A DNA stretch of 64,000 bases, taken from the NCBI GenBank assembly GCA_001600815.1, contig BCKZ01000005.1:1117794-1181793 (forward strand). The letters run 5' to 3'. Below are positions 25,943-37,762 of this stretch, piece after piece. Below the pieces are notes generated by a model. That model searched no databases. It was not told the origin of the DNA and saw only the letters and a list, made by a program, of their open reading frames with translations. The DNA is from Alloascoidea hylecoeti. Its lineage: Eukaryota. The first letter of the stretch is position 1. Each line of letters begins with the position of its first letter. Made by a program: the position numbers and the translations under genes.

Positions 25943-27063
25943 TAAATTTCGGAGAGTATATTTCTATGTGATATCAAGAAAAGCAACAAGTTCTAAACCT
26001 CTTTTTTTCCGATTATTCTAGATTTAAAATCCCATCCCGATAACAATTATTGACGCAGTTGTTAAATAAGTGCTCAACTTATAATATATCTGGCTCATTT
26101 TTTCTTCTTCATGGCTGATTGTTTATAATTTAAAGGGTGAACTCCACTGAATGGTATGGAAGACATATTTGCTATCTACTACTATTAATGCCAATTTCCT
26201 TTAAATTAGAAATTAGATTTAATCACATACTGTTAAATTCAATTATTTAAAATCTAAACTAGTGAATAAAATAAATATATGATATTGCTATATATAGCTA
26301 TCGAATGAAAAACCGAATTATAAGATATTTTTTTTTCTTCCTTTATTCATTAACGTTTAAAAAACCCGTAACAATAAATCATCTTTAATCTTTAAACCGT
26401 ACCAATAACATTATCGATTATATAATAGCTTAATATCGTCATTAAAAATGAAATATTAATTTAATAAAAATAAAACGAGTGTGAGTGAAATATTTACCTT
26501 CTAGTAATCAACATTATTATATGGTAATTTTATCTTCAAATCAAATTTTAGAATTTAAAAACTAAAATCATAAGGAAAACAAAAGCAGAGACAAAAACAA
26601 AAACAAAAACAAAAACAGATAAAACGAGATAAGATAAATTAAAAGAAAATAAGTCATGAAGTGAAGTGCAATGAATATGATATAAATTGTAAAGTTAATA
26701 TAATCTAATAAATATTAATGAATTGAAAGTGCAAAAGTATGAACATTGTAATAAATTGTTATTGTATGTAATGTAAAATGTAATTTTAATTATGAATGAG
26801 AAATAAGAACAAAAACGGTGAATAAAAAGAATAACCGATTATGGAAAACAAACAATATTAATAAAAGATGATAATTTTTCTAGAAAATAAAAACCTTGTA
26901 ATTGAGGGAATAAATAAAAACATGATAAGAAAGAATTTTTTTTGAAATTTAAGAATGTGATGTTTGAAGAATATATTAACCAAATAAATGATGCTGATGA
27001 TGATGATAGTTAATTTCTTAATTAAATATTTTTTTTTTGTTTAGTTTTGTGTTATTATTTGCT

Positions 27064-29013
27064 TTACTTTTTAATTTTTAATTTCCCTGATAAAGATCCC
27101 CATGATCTTTTAATATCAGAAATATGTAAAGCTTCATTTGATCTAGTTCTAACACGATTAACACTACTATCAGTTGAACGTTTTCTAAGATGTAATCTTC
27201 TTTCATGAATCTCAATATTATTAGTAAGATTTTTCTCCGATGTTATAATATTATCCTCACTAGTAGTACTTGTTGAATTTGATGAACTATTATTATCTAA
27301 TCTTATTGTATCATTTGAAGTATTTTGTTCTTGTATAGTTGATTCAATACTATACAATGAAAGTGATCGTGGGATTGATGACATTGATGAATTTTTATGA
27401 AATGTGGTGAATGGTGACTTTGGTTTTGGTATAGGATGTTCGTTAATATCAGTAATTGTATATTCATTAAATTTTTTATCTTTAGATTCACTAGCGCTAA
27501 GAATGGTTGGTAAACTGTTAATATGAGAAGGTACATCAATGATCGTTGTTTTTAAACTACTACTCGAAGTACTTTTATGAGTGCTGTTTGACCATCCATA
27601 GGATTTTCTTGATGATAATGAGGATGATGATAATGGACTTTTTAATAGCTTTTTCCAACTTGTATGATGCTCTTTATTCGCACTAGAACTAGGCGTTTCG
27701 GATGGAAGGCCACTAGAAATCCCAAATGAAGAAGAGGATGTACTAGTACAACTGTCGATGCTCTGTTCTTGTCGTATAGAAGGGCGGTGTTCTACAATTG
27801 CATCACAAGTTGAGATTCTAGGTAAATTCGGTCTCGAATTTTTATGACCAATTTCATGACTTAAATGTTTTGTTTTCGCTTTATTGACTATTGTTGCAGA
27901 GTCTCGATAAGGCAATGAACTAATTGAAGTCATTGAAGTTGAATTTGTATTTGATATTAGACCTGAGGTAGCAGACATAATTGGAGATTCAGAATCACTT
28001 GTATAACAAAAGAAGGGACAAATTTTATCCATACTATTTGCTTGAGATCTTTCATGACACATTACAGGTAAACTTTGTGGTCTAACACCACAAGAAGTTT
28101 GTACAGTTTGATTAAATTGTAATAATGAATTCGAATTTAAGGTTGAAAATGATTCAGTTGCTGTTGTTGAATGTTCTAATGGAATAAAATCTAAATTTAT
28201 TGATTTGTTTAAAAATGATGGTATTGGTGTTAAATCTATTGCTGATTCCATTTCGGACATCCGCATTGGAGTTGGAGGATCTGATTCTTTTCGAGAATTT
28301 CTTGTTTTATGGGTTTGTGAACTTGTTGAAATCGTAAGTCTTCTTTTATTCAATTTTGAATTTGGAGCAACCGTATCATCATTTGAATTTGATTGCAATT
28401 CGTTGTCGATTTTTTCTTGTCGAGCTAAAAAAGTCATAAAACAACTTTCTTTTAATAATTCTATTGTATAATTATAAGCTTCTTCTAATATTTGAGGTGA
28501 AGGGGCATTTGAAATATCATAAAATTGTTTGGAATTTTCTTTATTTCGTCTTTTTGTCGATAAGAATCTTGTTATTGAAGAAGTATGATTATTAATTGGC
28601 TTTGGAGTATCAACAGTAGTTATTTGTTGATGATGTTCTGCAAACTCGTGGCCATAAGCAATAATTTGATCACGGAGTTCCCAAGGAAGGTTTAATTCAA
28701 ATGGTGAAGATTCTTCGATATAAGTATTTAAGATATTTCTCCATAATTGTTGAAGTTTATTAATTAAATCATTATTTTTCGAAATTATTGATTTGTCCTT
28801 TAAATTTGAATTTGTGTTTGAATTATTTAAAGCTGAGCATTCGGTATATTGTTTTCTATAACTTCTAACTTTCAGTACAAAATTTAAATTTTCAATAGAA
28901 TGCGTCTCCAATAAATATACTTGTAAATCCCTTAAAGAATATGGTGAAGGAGATTTATTATCAAGAATATCACTAAAAGAAATATTTGGTGAATGATTTT
29001 TGTTGTTATTCAT
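27064..29013 (-). CDS. RGS-domain protein (Rgs2-like) with long Ser-rich tail
   Basis: PSPYSL..L..YL.ETHSIENLNF, W..IL.TYI...SPFELNLP..LRD, P.ILEEAY.....LKESCF..FL. Confidence 0.85.
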   Translation of the reverse strand: MNNNKNHSPNISFSDILDNKSPSPYSLRDLQVYLLETHSIENLNFVLKVRSYRKQYTECSALNNSNTNSNLKDKSIISKNNDLINKLQQLWRNILNTYIEESSPFELNLPWELRDQIIAYGHEFAEHHQQITTVDTPKPINNHTSSITRFLSTKRRNKENSKQFYDISNAPSPQILEEAYNYTIELLKESCFMTFLARQEKIDNELQSNSNDDTVAPNSKLNKRRLTISTSSQTHKTRNSRKESDPPTPMRMSEMESAIDLTPIPSFLNKSINLDFIPLEHSTTATESFSTLNSNSLLQFNQTVQTSCGVRPQSLPVMCHERSQANSMDKICPFFCYTSDSESPIMSATSGLISNTNSTSMTSISSLPYRDSATIVNKAKTKHLSHEIGHKNSRPNLPRISTCDAIVEHRPSIRQEQSIDSCTSTSSSSFGISSGLPSETPSSSANKEHHTSWKKLLKSPLSSSSLSSRKSYGWSNSTHKSTSSSSLKTTIIDVPSHINSLPTILSASESKDKKFNEYTITDINEHPIPKPKSPFTTFHKNSSMSSIPRSLSLYSIESTIQEQNTSNDTIRLDNNSSSNSTSTTSEDNIITSEKNLTNNIEIHERRLHLRKRSTDSSVNRVRTRSNEALHISDIKRSWGSLSGKLKIKK

Positions 29014-30287
29014 TATGGGAAATAATATTAATAACCTGAACCTTCTAAATCTTTTATATATATTTATAATTAAATTTTCAGCGTCACGCGTAAAATATAT
29101 ATAAAAATGTCGCAGGATAGAATATTATTTGAGTTTTGTACAACAACTGTAAATTTTGTGCTTTTGAAGAATAAAAATTAAAGAAAGATGGAGGTTTTGG
29201 CTTTATCACAAACAGGTTCGCAAGAATGAATAAGTGGATGAACAAAAAAATAAGAAGAAAGAAATCCAAAACTTAAGGAGAGAAAATAACCATTATAAAA
29301 ATTAAATAAATCTAGAAAATGTGAAAAAAAGAAAGATTTATTTATCTTTTTCCCAAATTCACTCAGACAAAAAGATTAAAAATTATTTAATATTGCTTTT
29401 AGACCGTTAAAAATTGACAGGGTTTTCTGCAGAAATATAATATTACAGGAACGCCTCTTGTAACCTCCCAACCGGCCCTAAGTCGGACCCCAGCCGAACT
29501 GAGTTTTCTCCCTCCTCCGTGATGGCGGATATTGTTATTCATGGTCATCGATGTGTCACTAACATACACTATTATATATGCTTCCGCCTGGAATTTGCAA
29601 TTGGATTTTAAGAAAGTTTTGAAGTCCTCATACATAACGATCTATCATCGGGATGTTTGTGTGATGGAAAACTGAGATCTAGAACATGACTATAAAACAA
29701 AATTATATTCAACATCGCAATTAAGGAATATTGCCTTCGTCATTATAATTAATGATACATTGGTGTTAAACGCCCCTAACGATGTTCTCTTAACGTTCTC
29801 TTGCCTATAAATTAATGTTATCTATTACTTTATTATAATACTCATTGATCAATATATAAGCAGCCAATATCAAGATCTTTAAATTAACTTCTCTTGCTAT
29901 AACATTGATAATGTAATAATTAAGATTGTGATTAATGATTCTGTGAATTGTGAATATTTGTTCCTTGAAATTTCATTAATACATCTATATGTACAAGATG
30001 TATTATCATGAAGTTCATTCCTCAAGCTCCTCATGTAAATTGTATACAACTGTTTATAACTATTAATTTTTCTTTGTACTTTTCCATTTATAAAGGAAAT
30101 CACTGGCTGAAAACTAAATTCATGTGGAACATCAATAATATGAAACACTTATTAGTAATATACTATAAATACACCTTTAGTTATAACTCTGTACGGAACT
30201 TCCTCCGACGACTCCACTATCAGTTTCTATAGGAAAGGCGGTTAACAATTGCAATTGAGGGTTAAACCCACGTGCCCCACTTATGCC

Positions 30288-30325
30288 GTTTTAATTGTTT
30301 TAATTGTTTTAATTGTTTTAATTGT
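30288..30325 (+). repeat. 9-bp tandem repeat (GTTTTAATT)x4
   Basis: Read directly from the sequence. Confidence 0.9.
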
Positions 30326-30895
30326 ACACTCTATAGTTAGTTTGACGGAAGTTTATACAAATAACGTCCGTCTTCGGTATCATTTTCTTGATCATTATAT
30401 TAATATTTTTTATAATATAAATAAATGATGCACATATCATGACTAATACTTTTATGATGACACAAACATGACTGTTCTATTATATAAATTAGCCTGCATA
30501 ACATTTATAACATCTATAATCTGTAATAAACTATTTTTGACTGAAGAACATTGCATTTCATATAAAAATATATGGATTTCTTTGCATATAAAGATAAAGA
30601 GTTTTAACTACTTCTAGGATTATAAATATAAAGCGAAAGTATCTTAATTTCTTATTTATAAATCTTATATATTTACGTAAATTTAGTTAATTTTCTCTAC
30701 ACTATTCAAATTAATTTCATGCAATATATATCCTCATGATTAATTGCAGATAGCGTTTAAATTATAAATTTGTAAAACTCTTCCAAAATCAATTTAAAAA
30801 ACATTCTTTAAAATTCGATACAGATTATTCATCAATTATAATTATATTTCTTCTTCGATAACGATATTACAATCTGGAGATTATGAAATAAACCT

Positions 30896-32992
30896 TTAAG
30901 GTTTAATAATACCATCATTAGCTTCAACTTTAATCTTAAAATCATTTTCTGTTAATTCTTCTTTTAGTTTTGTCGTAATACAAGTATCTGATTTAATAGA
31001 TGATTCTTGTTTATCTTTAATGCTATACAAGGTTGATAACCCAACTTTAATTTTCTTATTAATTTCGTGACTTATAGTATCTTTTGAAATAGAAAATAAG
31101 GGGACATCTAGAACATTCGGCATTGCATTTAAACCTAGTTTTCTAGAATTCGATATAGATTTACCTGATTTTAATTTCAAACTTGAAGATTTTGGTGATG
31201 ATTTAAATGAACTTAATTTTAATGGATATTCATTACTTGATTCAATTTTAAAGATTTCAGTTGGCTTACCAGTTGAATTATCAGAAATCTTTAAAACTTC
31301 CTCATTTGAATTATCTGATGACATTACATAAATTGAATTGATAACTTTTGATAAAAATGTTTTAACACTTGTTGATTTCCCAGTTGAATTAAATTCCGAA
31401 ATGATATTATATTGAATAGGATCTTTCTCCTCTTCATCTGTACTTATCAAAGTAATATTAAAATTTGAAACAAAATTAGATGATATATCAGTCTTTACAA
31501 TTTCATTTAATCGAGTTGCTCCAATTGGTGCTGGCGGTAAAGTTAGAACAACACTACTACTTTTAGTTGAATTTTCAAAACTAATTATTTCACCAATTGA
31601 TTCAGTACCATTAATATATTCACTTGACCATGTTAAGAAATTACCTGAAATACTCCACTTATCAGATTTAATAACTTTATCTCCTTTTGGTGGATCAACA
31701 GGATGAGGTAAAGTTTCTGGATTAGGGGGTGATCCAGGAACAGAGCTAGGTATAGCTGTCTTAATAGGTGAAGTCACTTCAATTGTAACTTTGATAGAAT
31801 TAGACCATAATAACGGTAATAAAACAGTTAAATCAACATCATATTGTAAAAGATCAAAAGAAGATAAACTAACAATAGGATAAAACATTTTATGAGTATC
31901 TGTAGAATCATCATTAACAATTGTAAAACCTTCATTTGAAATAAAAGGTAAGGGAGAAATTGAACTATAAAATCTATTATCAACATAAATATTGATTATT
32001 CTTAATGGACCACCTCCAACTAAATCTGGTAATGATGGGAATAATGATACTGAACTATCTAAAACATGAGAAAACCATTCTTTTTCTTCATCAGATGAAG
32101 AAGCAAAAAGACTCATCATTGCTTTTGTAACATTACCTGGAATTGGTCCAATTTCAAAGCTTGAACTTCCTGCTGAAACATCTATAGATAATGGTTGAAC
32201 TAAATCAGCAGGACCTGAAGGTGTTAAAATATCCTTTAATTTTAATGGTTTGGTAAGAGTCATTGAGACATCTTCATCTTCATCGATTGAACTTGCAATC
32301 GCTGTATCGTTAAATAAAGTGAGTTCCAAAGTAAACTCATAAACAGTTGAAGCATCTTCAAAATCCCCATATAAACTAAAGTCTAACGAAATTTCTTTAT
32401 CTTCAGTAAATAGTGATAAATACTCAGTGACATTTTTCACAAATGAGGAATTGATTGTACCATTAATTGAATTAGCAGTTGATGTTTTCCAAACTTGAGA
32501 ATCTCCAACCAATAAATCACCAATATGAATACTAGTTAAATCAGTTGTTGAATTGATAGTAGTATTTAAAGTGAATAATGCATTTGTAAAATTAAAAATA
32601 TCTGGAGCAGTATAGGAACCTTCAAGTTTACCATCTGAACCAATTATATCACTGAAAATAACCTGAGAAACAGAATAGGCTGTAATAGGAATTGTAACTG
32701 GTGTTGAAATTTGAAATACTGTAACTGGTGCTGTTGTAGCTGGACCAGCAGTACAATAATCATCAACATCAATTTTATAATTAGAATTAGAATCAATAAT
32801 AATTAAGGAACCAGGACCAAATGAACGAAGTGTTAGAAAAGTGAAAACAATTCCACTAAGAATAATTAAAAACAATCTCTCGATCCATCTCGAGAACCAT
32901 TTTGATTTAGTACTTAATGATTTATTTTTCAAGTCATCTCTGAGATCATATACATATGTATCGTCAATAAATTGTTGTTTCTCTTGATCCAT
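30896..32992 (-). CDS. Type II membrane peptide:N-glycanase A (PNGase A/Png2)-like protein
   Basis: N-terminal TM, WKTSTA, KNVTEYLSLF, EKEWFSHV, GGGPLRIINIYVD, PIVSLSSFDL.QYDVDLT.LLPLL, WSISGN; many N-glycosylation sequons. Confidence 0.8.
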   Translation of the reverse strand: MDQEKQQFIDDTYVYDLRDDLKNKSLSTKSKWFSRWIERLFLIILSGIVFTFLTLRSFGPGSLIIIDSNSNYKIDVDDYCTAGPATTAPVTVFQISTPVTIPITAYSVSQVIFSDIIGSDGKLEGSYTAPDIFNFTNALFTLNTTINSTTDLTSIHIGDLLVGDSQVWKTSTANSINGTINSSFVKNVTEYLSLFTEDKEISLDFSLYGDFEDASTVYEFTLELTLFNDTAIASSIDEDEDVSMTLTKPLKLKDILTPSGPADLVQPLSIDVSAGSSSFEIGPIPGNVTKAMMSLFASSSDEEKEWFSHVLDSSVSLFPSLPDLVGGGPLRIINIYVDNRFYSSISPLPFISNEGFTIVNDDSTDTHKMFYPIVSLSSFDLLQYDVDLTVLLPLLWSNSIKVTIEVTSPIKTAIPSSVPGSPPNPETLPHPVDPPKGDKVIKSDKWSISGNFLTWSSEYINGTESIGEIISFENSTKSSSVVLTLPPAPIGATRLNEIVKTDISSNFVSNFNITLISTDEEEKDPIQYNIISEFNSTGKSTSVKTFLSKVINSIYVMSSDNSNEEVLKISDNSTGKPTEIFKIESSNEYPLKLSSFKSSPKSSSLKLKSGKSISNSRKLGLNAMPNVLDVPLFSISKDTISHEINKKIKVGLSTLYSIKDKQESSIKSDTCITTKLKEELTENDFKIKVEANDGIIKP

Positions 32993-34812
32993 ATTAAATT
33001 TGAATATATCTCTTACTTTAATTCAAAAGTAAAAAAGACTGTACAATGTTATTTATTTATATCTTCATCCCAATGAATTTGTTGCATATCATGATATCAT
33101 TAGCTTATTTGTATTCAATGAAATATGCAGGAGCACTAGTTCCTTGTGGGGTCTAAATCCGCGGCCCATTCATAAACTCATCATCTTATCTTGCATGAAT
33201 GAATTTTAAACGTCTCGATCTTCTAATGATCACGAGACTCAGATAAGGAATTCAAGTTTACAAAGAGATGGTGTAAGTAGACCACTCCATGAACATAATT
33301 AAAAAAATAAGGTTTGAATATTCACCAACCAATGTTTTGTATCATCATCTTGGAGAAATAAATGGGTATAAACAACCGTAATGCATTATCAGTTACATAA
33401 ATGTACACTTATAGTTATGCATATGATATGATTTGTTATAACTATTAATTTCAAATGTGATTGTGAATATATTGTAATAACACATTAGCTGATTTTATAT
33501 AAATAAATACCAAGATGCAGTATAATATGGTAGCTTCTGGAATATTGCGAGTGAAAATTACCTAAAGCAGTAATTCTAGAAAATGTTGATATGTCCCATA
33601 GCTTATTAAGTTTATGGCCCGCACCTGGGGTTGCTTGAGCCTTATCAAGTTATTGTTAACCAAAACACAATATTAATATTTATTTTTATTTGAAAAGTTT
33701 TAAAAAGACACAACTAAAAAAAAACATCTCTTTTAAATTTCTTCTCACGGCCAATCGCGAATAGCTGTACGGCCGTATTTGAATTCTACCTCGGCCTGAT
33801 TCTGTTATTTTTCAATCCCTCCACTCCACTTCTCTTCTACAGAAATACAGAAAGCGTTGGCACATATAAACCTATTATCAGCTGCAATTGATACTGGCGA
33901 AACATCAAGCTCTTGTCTCGAACTCCATAGCTAATAGATATGTATGCTTATAGCTAATTATACTTACACAATGAGGTATAGCTATAGTGCAGTAATGCAG
34001 TTCGTTAACAAGACTGGGGCATTCAATACTAACGGAGCATTTCAATTGCAATTGGATAACAAAAGAGAAATGGTTTACTATATTTAGCATTCTATTGTAA
34101 TTTGACCTAGGTTCTGATCAAAGAATAAACTATAGTAACTTGTTATAATCCTTTACTATCAGCCGTTGATAAGCTTAAGTACCATGTTAATGTGTGAAAC
34201 TACTTATACATGTAGTAGATTACTATCCATCTTTCATTCAAAAATAAGATAATATGTATAAAAACTGGTTCTACAGCATTTATTGGGGTCGTCAGTCCGT
34301 ATGATTAGTTAATACTTGATATTTCGGATAATGCATCAATATAATGATTAGAATGCATGAAAGTTCTCGGCCATTTTTTTATTGTCTAGAAAAACGTTGG
34401 TAAAACCGAAAAAAGTAGTTTTGAGGTACAATAAACGGTTACTCCTTGGTCACTAGAACTCAATTGAAGATGCTATACAAGTAGATATAAGAGAATAGAA
34501 GAGCTTCATCGATGGGTTGTTGAAATAGATGAGAACTAAACCTGACTAGAGAAAATATATCTAGATTTTAAATATAATTACCGGTGAGTTATACACGTAC
34601 AATAAATTCATCAAATTAATAGTATGTGAAATAAATGATAACATATAGAATCTATAAGCCTTAGAGGCGCGAATCCATTGTTATATTTTTTGGTTCGCAA
34701 TAACCAAATTTAGCTGCTAATTTCAATACCCTAATTGTAAGCACTGACGTTTGGCGATATGAATTACTATCTAAAATTAGGTTATGTCAATTATTGTATA
34801 ACAATGTAATTA

Positions 34813-35005
34813 CACCTAATTTAGTCCATGTTGATTACTAATTATTGGCTATATCCACAATTAAAATTTCAGCTGTATTATCACCGGTATGACCCGTTAA
34901 TATGCAAGGATATGGAACAGCGTTGCTTGCCAAACCGGGCCGGAAATTACTTATTGGATGGCCAATAATTAACTAGCGCGGCTTAAATTAAGTGGAACAG
35001 CTGTA
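34813..35005. mobile_element. Possible ~200-bp MITE with Tc1-like TIR (TA-CAGCTGTTCCACTTAATTTA)
   Basis: TAAATTAAGTGGAACAGCTG-TA at 34984-35005; degenerate inverse CACCTAATTTAGTCCA at 34813; related TGGACTAAATTAAGTGGAA at 9458-9476. Confidence 0.4.
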
Positions 35006-35381
35006 TAATCTTGAAGTCCACATTGAAATTAGTGTTATCTTTTTCTAGTCTGGGGATTAAAGACTAATCGTACTGATACTAGTTTTTTTTTATATTATAA
35101 TATCACTTTCGTGGAACTACAATTTAACATCTTACACAAGTAGTTCAGATCATAAAGCTTAAGGTTATAATCCCATTTATGATCGCACGAACTAATTGAT
35201 TTTATGAAATTAACAAAATATAAAAATTCCAAATTAAACTAGCCAGCTAATTATATAATTTGGAGGAAAACTGCTAATAGAAAACGATAAAATTTCCACC
35301 AACAGAATCACACGAAAAAGGAACAAATTTATTCAAACACAAATGAGTAATGTCTGCACACTTACTGAATTATTATCGTGA

Positions 35382-36197
35382 TCAGAAGAGGTAACTAATC
35401 CAACTAGGCATTTCCATAGCACCAGAACTTTGAGCTGAGGTATAGTTAGGATCAGATCCATTGTAAGATGAATATGAAAGTTCAGTTGAAGTTGAAGCTG
35501 ATGGCGACAAAGATGAATAAATAAGAGAGCTAGAAGAAGGTGTATTCGACAAAGTGCTATTGGATTTAGAAGTAACAATGGCAGTACTATATTTAACAGT
35601 TGCAGTAGTAGTAACATCAACGGTCATATCAACGGTACTTGTTTCTGTAATTGTTGTTGTTTCAGTAACATCCAAACCTTTGGCTACAGCACTTGGTGTC
35701 AAGTCATCAGAAGAAGCAATACTAGTGGGGACAATTGTTACAGTATAGTACTCCACTAAGGTAGTGTAAACAATATTAGTCTGGACTAAAGAATTTGAAT
35801 CAGTAGATACAACTGTTGAAGCTATGACAGATGTAGCGGGTGAAACAGAAATGCTAGCGCTTGCAGATAAATGTGAACTTCCCTCATAAGCAAATGCGTA
35901 AGATGAATTGTCGTTTTGTTTATCAGCAATAGTACTCTGTTCAGGGATAGCAGTCATAGAAGATGAGCTTAAGCTAGAAACTGAACTAGTAGCGTTTTTG
36001 AAATTTTCATTTAGAACACATTGACTATAATATGGATTATCTGAGTTTGTTTGGCAAGAACTACCACTTGGGCAACATGTTGGGCCAGTCCAGTTGATAC
36101 CACCGCATTGACCATAGAGTTCTGCACATTCTAAAGCAAATACTTTGGTGAAAAGTAGGGAGGAGCCAAAAACCAGGGCGAAAGAATTGAAAAACAT
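35382..36197 (-). CDS. Secreted/cell-surface protein: signal peptide + CBM1 cellulose-binding module + Ser/Thr-rich stalk, no catalytic domain
   Basis: CAELYGQCGGINWTGPTCCPSGSSC...NPYYSQC (36128-36015) fits the CBM1 consensus with all three binding aromatics; hydrophobic N-terminus; S/T-rich remainder. Confidence 0.92.
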   Translation of the reverse strand: MFFNSFALVFGSSLLFTKVFALECAELYGQCGGINWTGPTCCPSGSSCQTNSDNPYYSQCVLNENFKNATSSVSSLSSSSMTAIPEQSTIADKQNDNSSYAFAYEGSSHLSASASISVSPATSVIASTVVSTDSNSLVQTNIVYTTLVEYYTVTIVPTSIASSDDLTPSAVAKGLDVTETTTITETSTVDMTVDVTTTATVKYSTAIVTSKSNSTLSNTPSSSSLIYSSLSPSASTSTELSYSSYNGSDPNYTSAQSSGAMEMPSWISYLF

Positions 36198-37762
36198 TTT
36201 TAGATAGTTGTTATGAAGGAATAACCTGTAAAGAGTGACTTGGGTAAGAGAGAGATGTAATCTTGGGGGAGAAAATTTTAAGTAAAGGAGGTATTTACTG
36301 ATTTTATATAAACTTCATGAAATATTAATTATAATATTGTATTACAATGTTAATGTAATACACATTCATACACAATTATTTGTTACCAAACTTTTAAATA
36401 TCAGGGCATCCCAATTTTGCATATACGATATAGAGCCAGTTATCTCAAAAATGTTGCAGGATCCCTTTCGAGTGCTCTGAAGTTAAGTGCACATCCAACA
36501 TTAGTTATTCAGTTTAATATAAAAATATATAATATGATCATCTCAGCTGTCAGCTACAATATTTGATTCACTAGCCTATCTACCCATAAACTTACTTACG
36601 CTTAGTATATCGATAATTCAAATATCTAACTTGACACACATATAATAACGCTAAATATTTAAAAGATAAGCGCTTGAGTATATGTATTATGTATGAAGTT
36701 GTAGGGCTCGTGGATTTGAATAAGTCACTTAACATTGAAATTCCAAGGTTATAACCTTAGCATTAATTAAGTGTTTCAATTGTAAATCTGATGTTTCAGA
36801 ATAGTATGCTGTCGTATGTTTGTAGCCATAACTACATAGTATAACCAATAGCTCGCCTTATTATAATCATACACGAGCATAAATTATGCCTGTACTTGCA
36901 ATTGTGATGAAAAATAAACTTGGGTCACATCACCGAAGGTTAGAAAGTCAAAATGCCTGATAATTTCCCCTCATTTCAGCCAATTGCTGATATTAATGAT
37001 CAATGAAAATCATGAATCTTTATTTAATGGGTTTAACAAAACAATTCGTCGTTAATGGGCTGAAAATTAGTACCATATACGACTGAATGTTGCGCTACAA
37101 CTTTGTTTCACTCAAAACACGTAAACTTTATTTTAAAATTATTTGGAAGAGCAAATTAAGCTTCTAACTTATGTGGTCAAGTTCAAACTTAGGGTAGCCT
37201 TTATCTCAGATTGAACAAAATGTTCACTTTTCTTAAGTAAAATGAACATTTTGCGACACAAACCTAAAATATAACTAAATCAGGCAGTTACCTAAAACAG
37301 ATGGAATAAGAAATATATTTAAAATTATCCAAAATTGAAACTAACAATTTATCAAATATAAGAACAAAGATTGGCAAGCTCCAAGTTTAATTTAAATATT
37401 TTTCCAAGCTTGTGGTAATACGTGCCGATTTTTATATTGAAATACAGCACTGGGCATTATGAACTACTTGTGAAGCATCAGTTTGATAAAACATATCGCG
37501 TATTAAGCCTGGTGAAAAAATTCCCACCCACAATACTTCCCCAGTATTCACCTTTGTACTGGTACACTATCAGGTTATGAGCCCTGGCAGCGGAATAAGA
37601 GAGAGAGAGCGCGTTTTCAACTCCGTGGGAAGGACAAACTTAAACAGCTGATAGAATATATATTTATAATTAAGCAACGATGTTTATTTTCAATTATAAA
37701 TAAACTATATATATTTTAAATAATTTTTCCTTAAATCTTTAGTATAATCATAAATAAAAAGA

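Noticed and set aside
35200..35381. Remnant GH45 catalytic domain downstream of the CBM1 gene
   Set aside because: No TRYWDCCK-like motif in any minus-strand frame.
36899..36965. C/D snoRNA candidates (GTGATGA...CTGA with terminal stem here; ATGATGA...CTGA at 52358-52421)
   Set aside because: No convincing 10+ nt rRNA complement upstream of the D/D' boxes, and such boxes occur by chance in AT-rich DNA.
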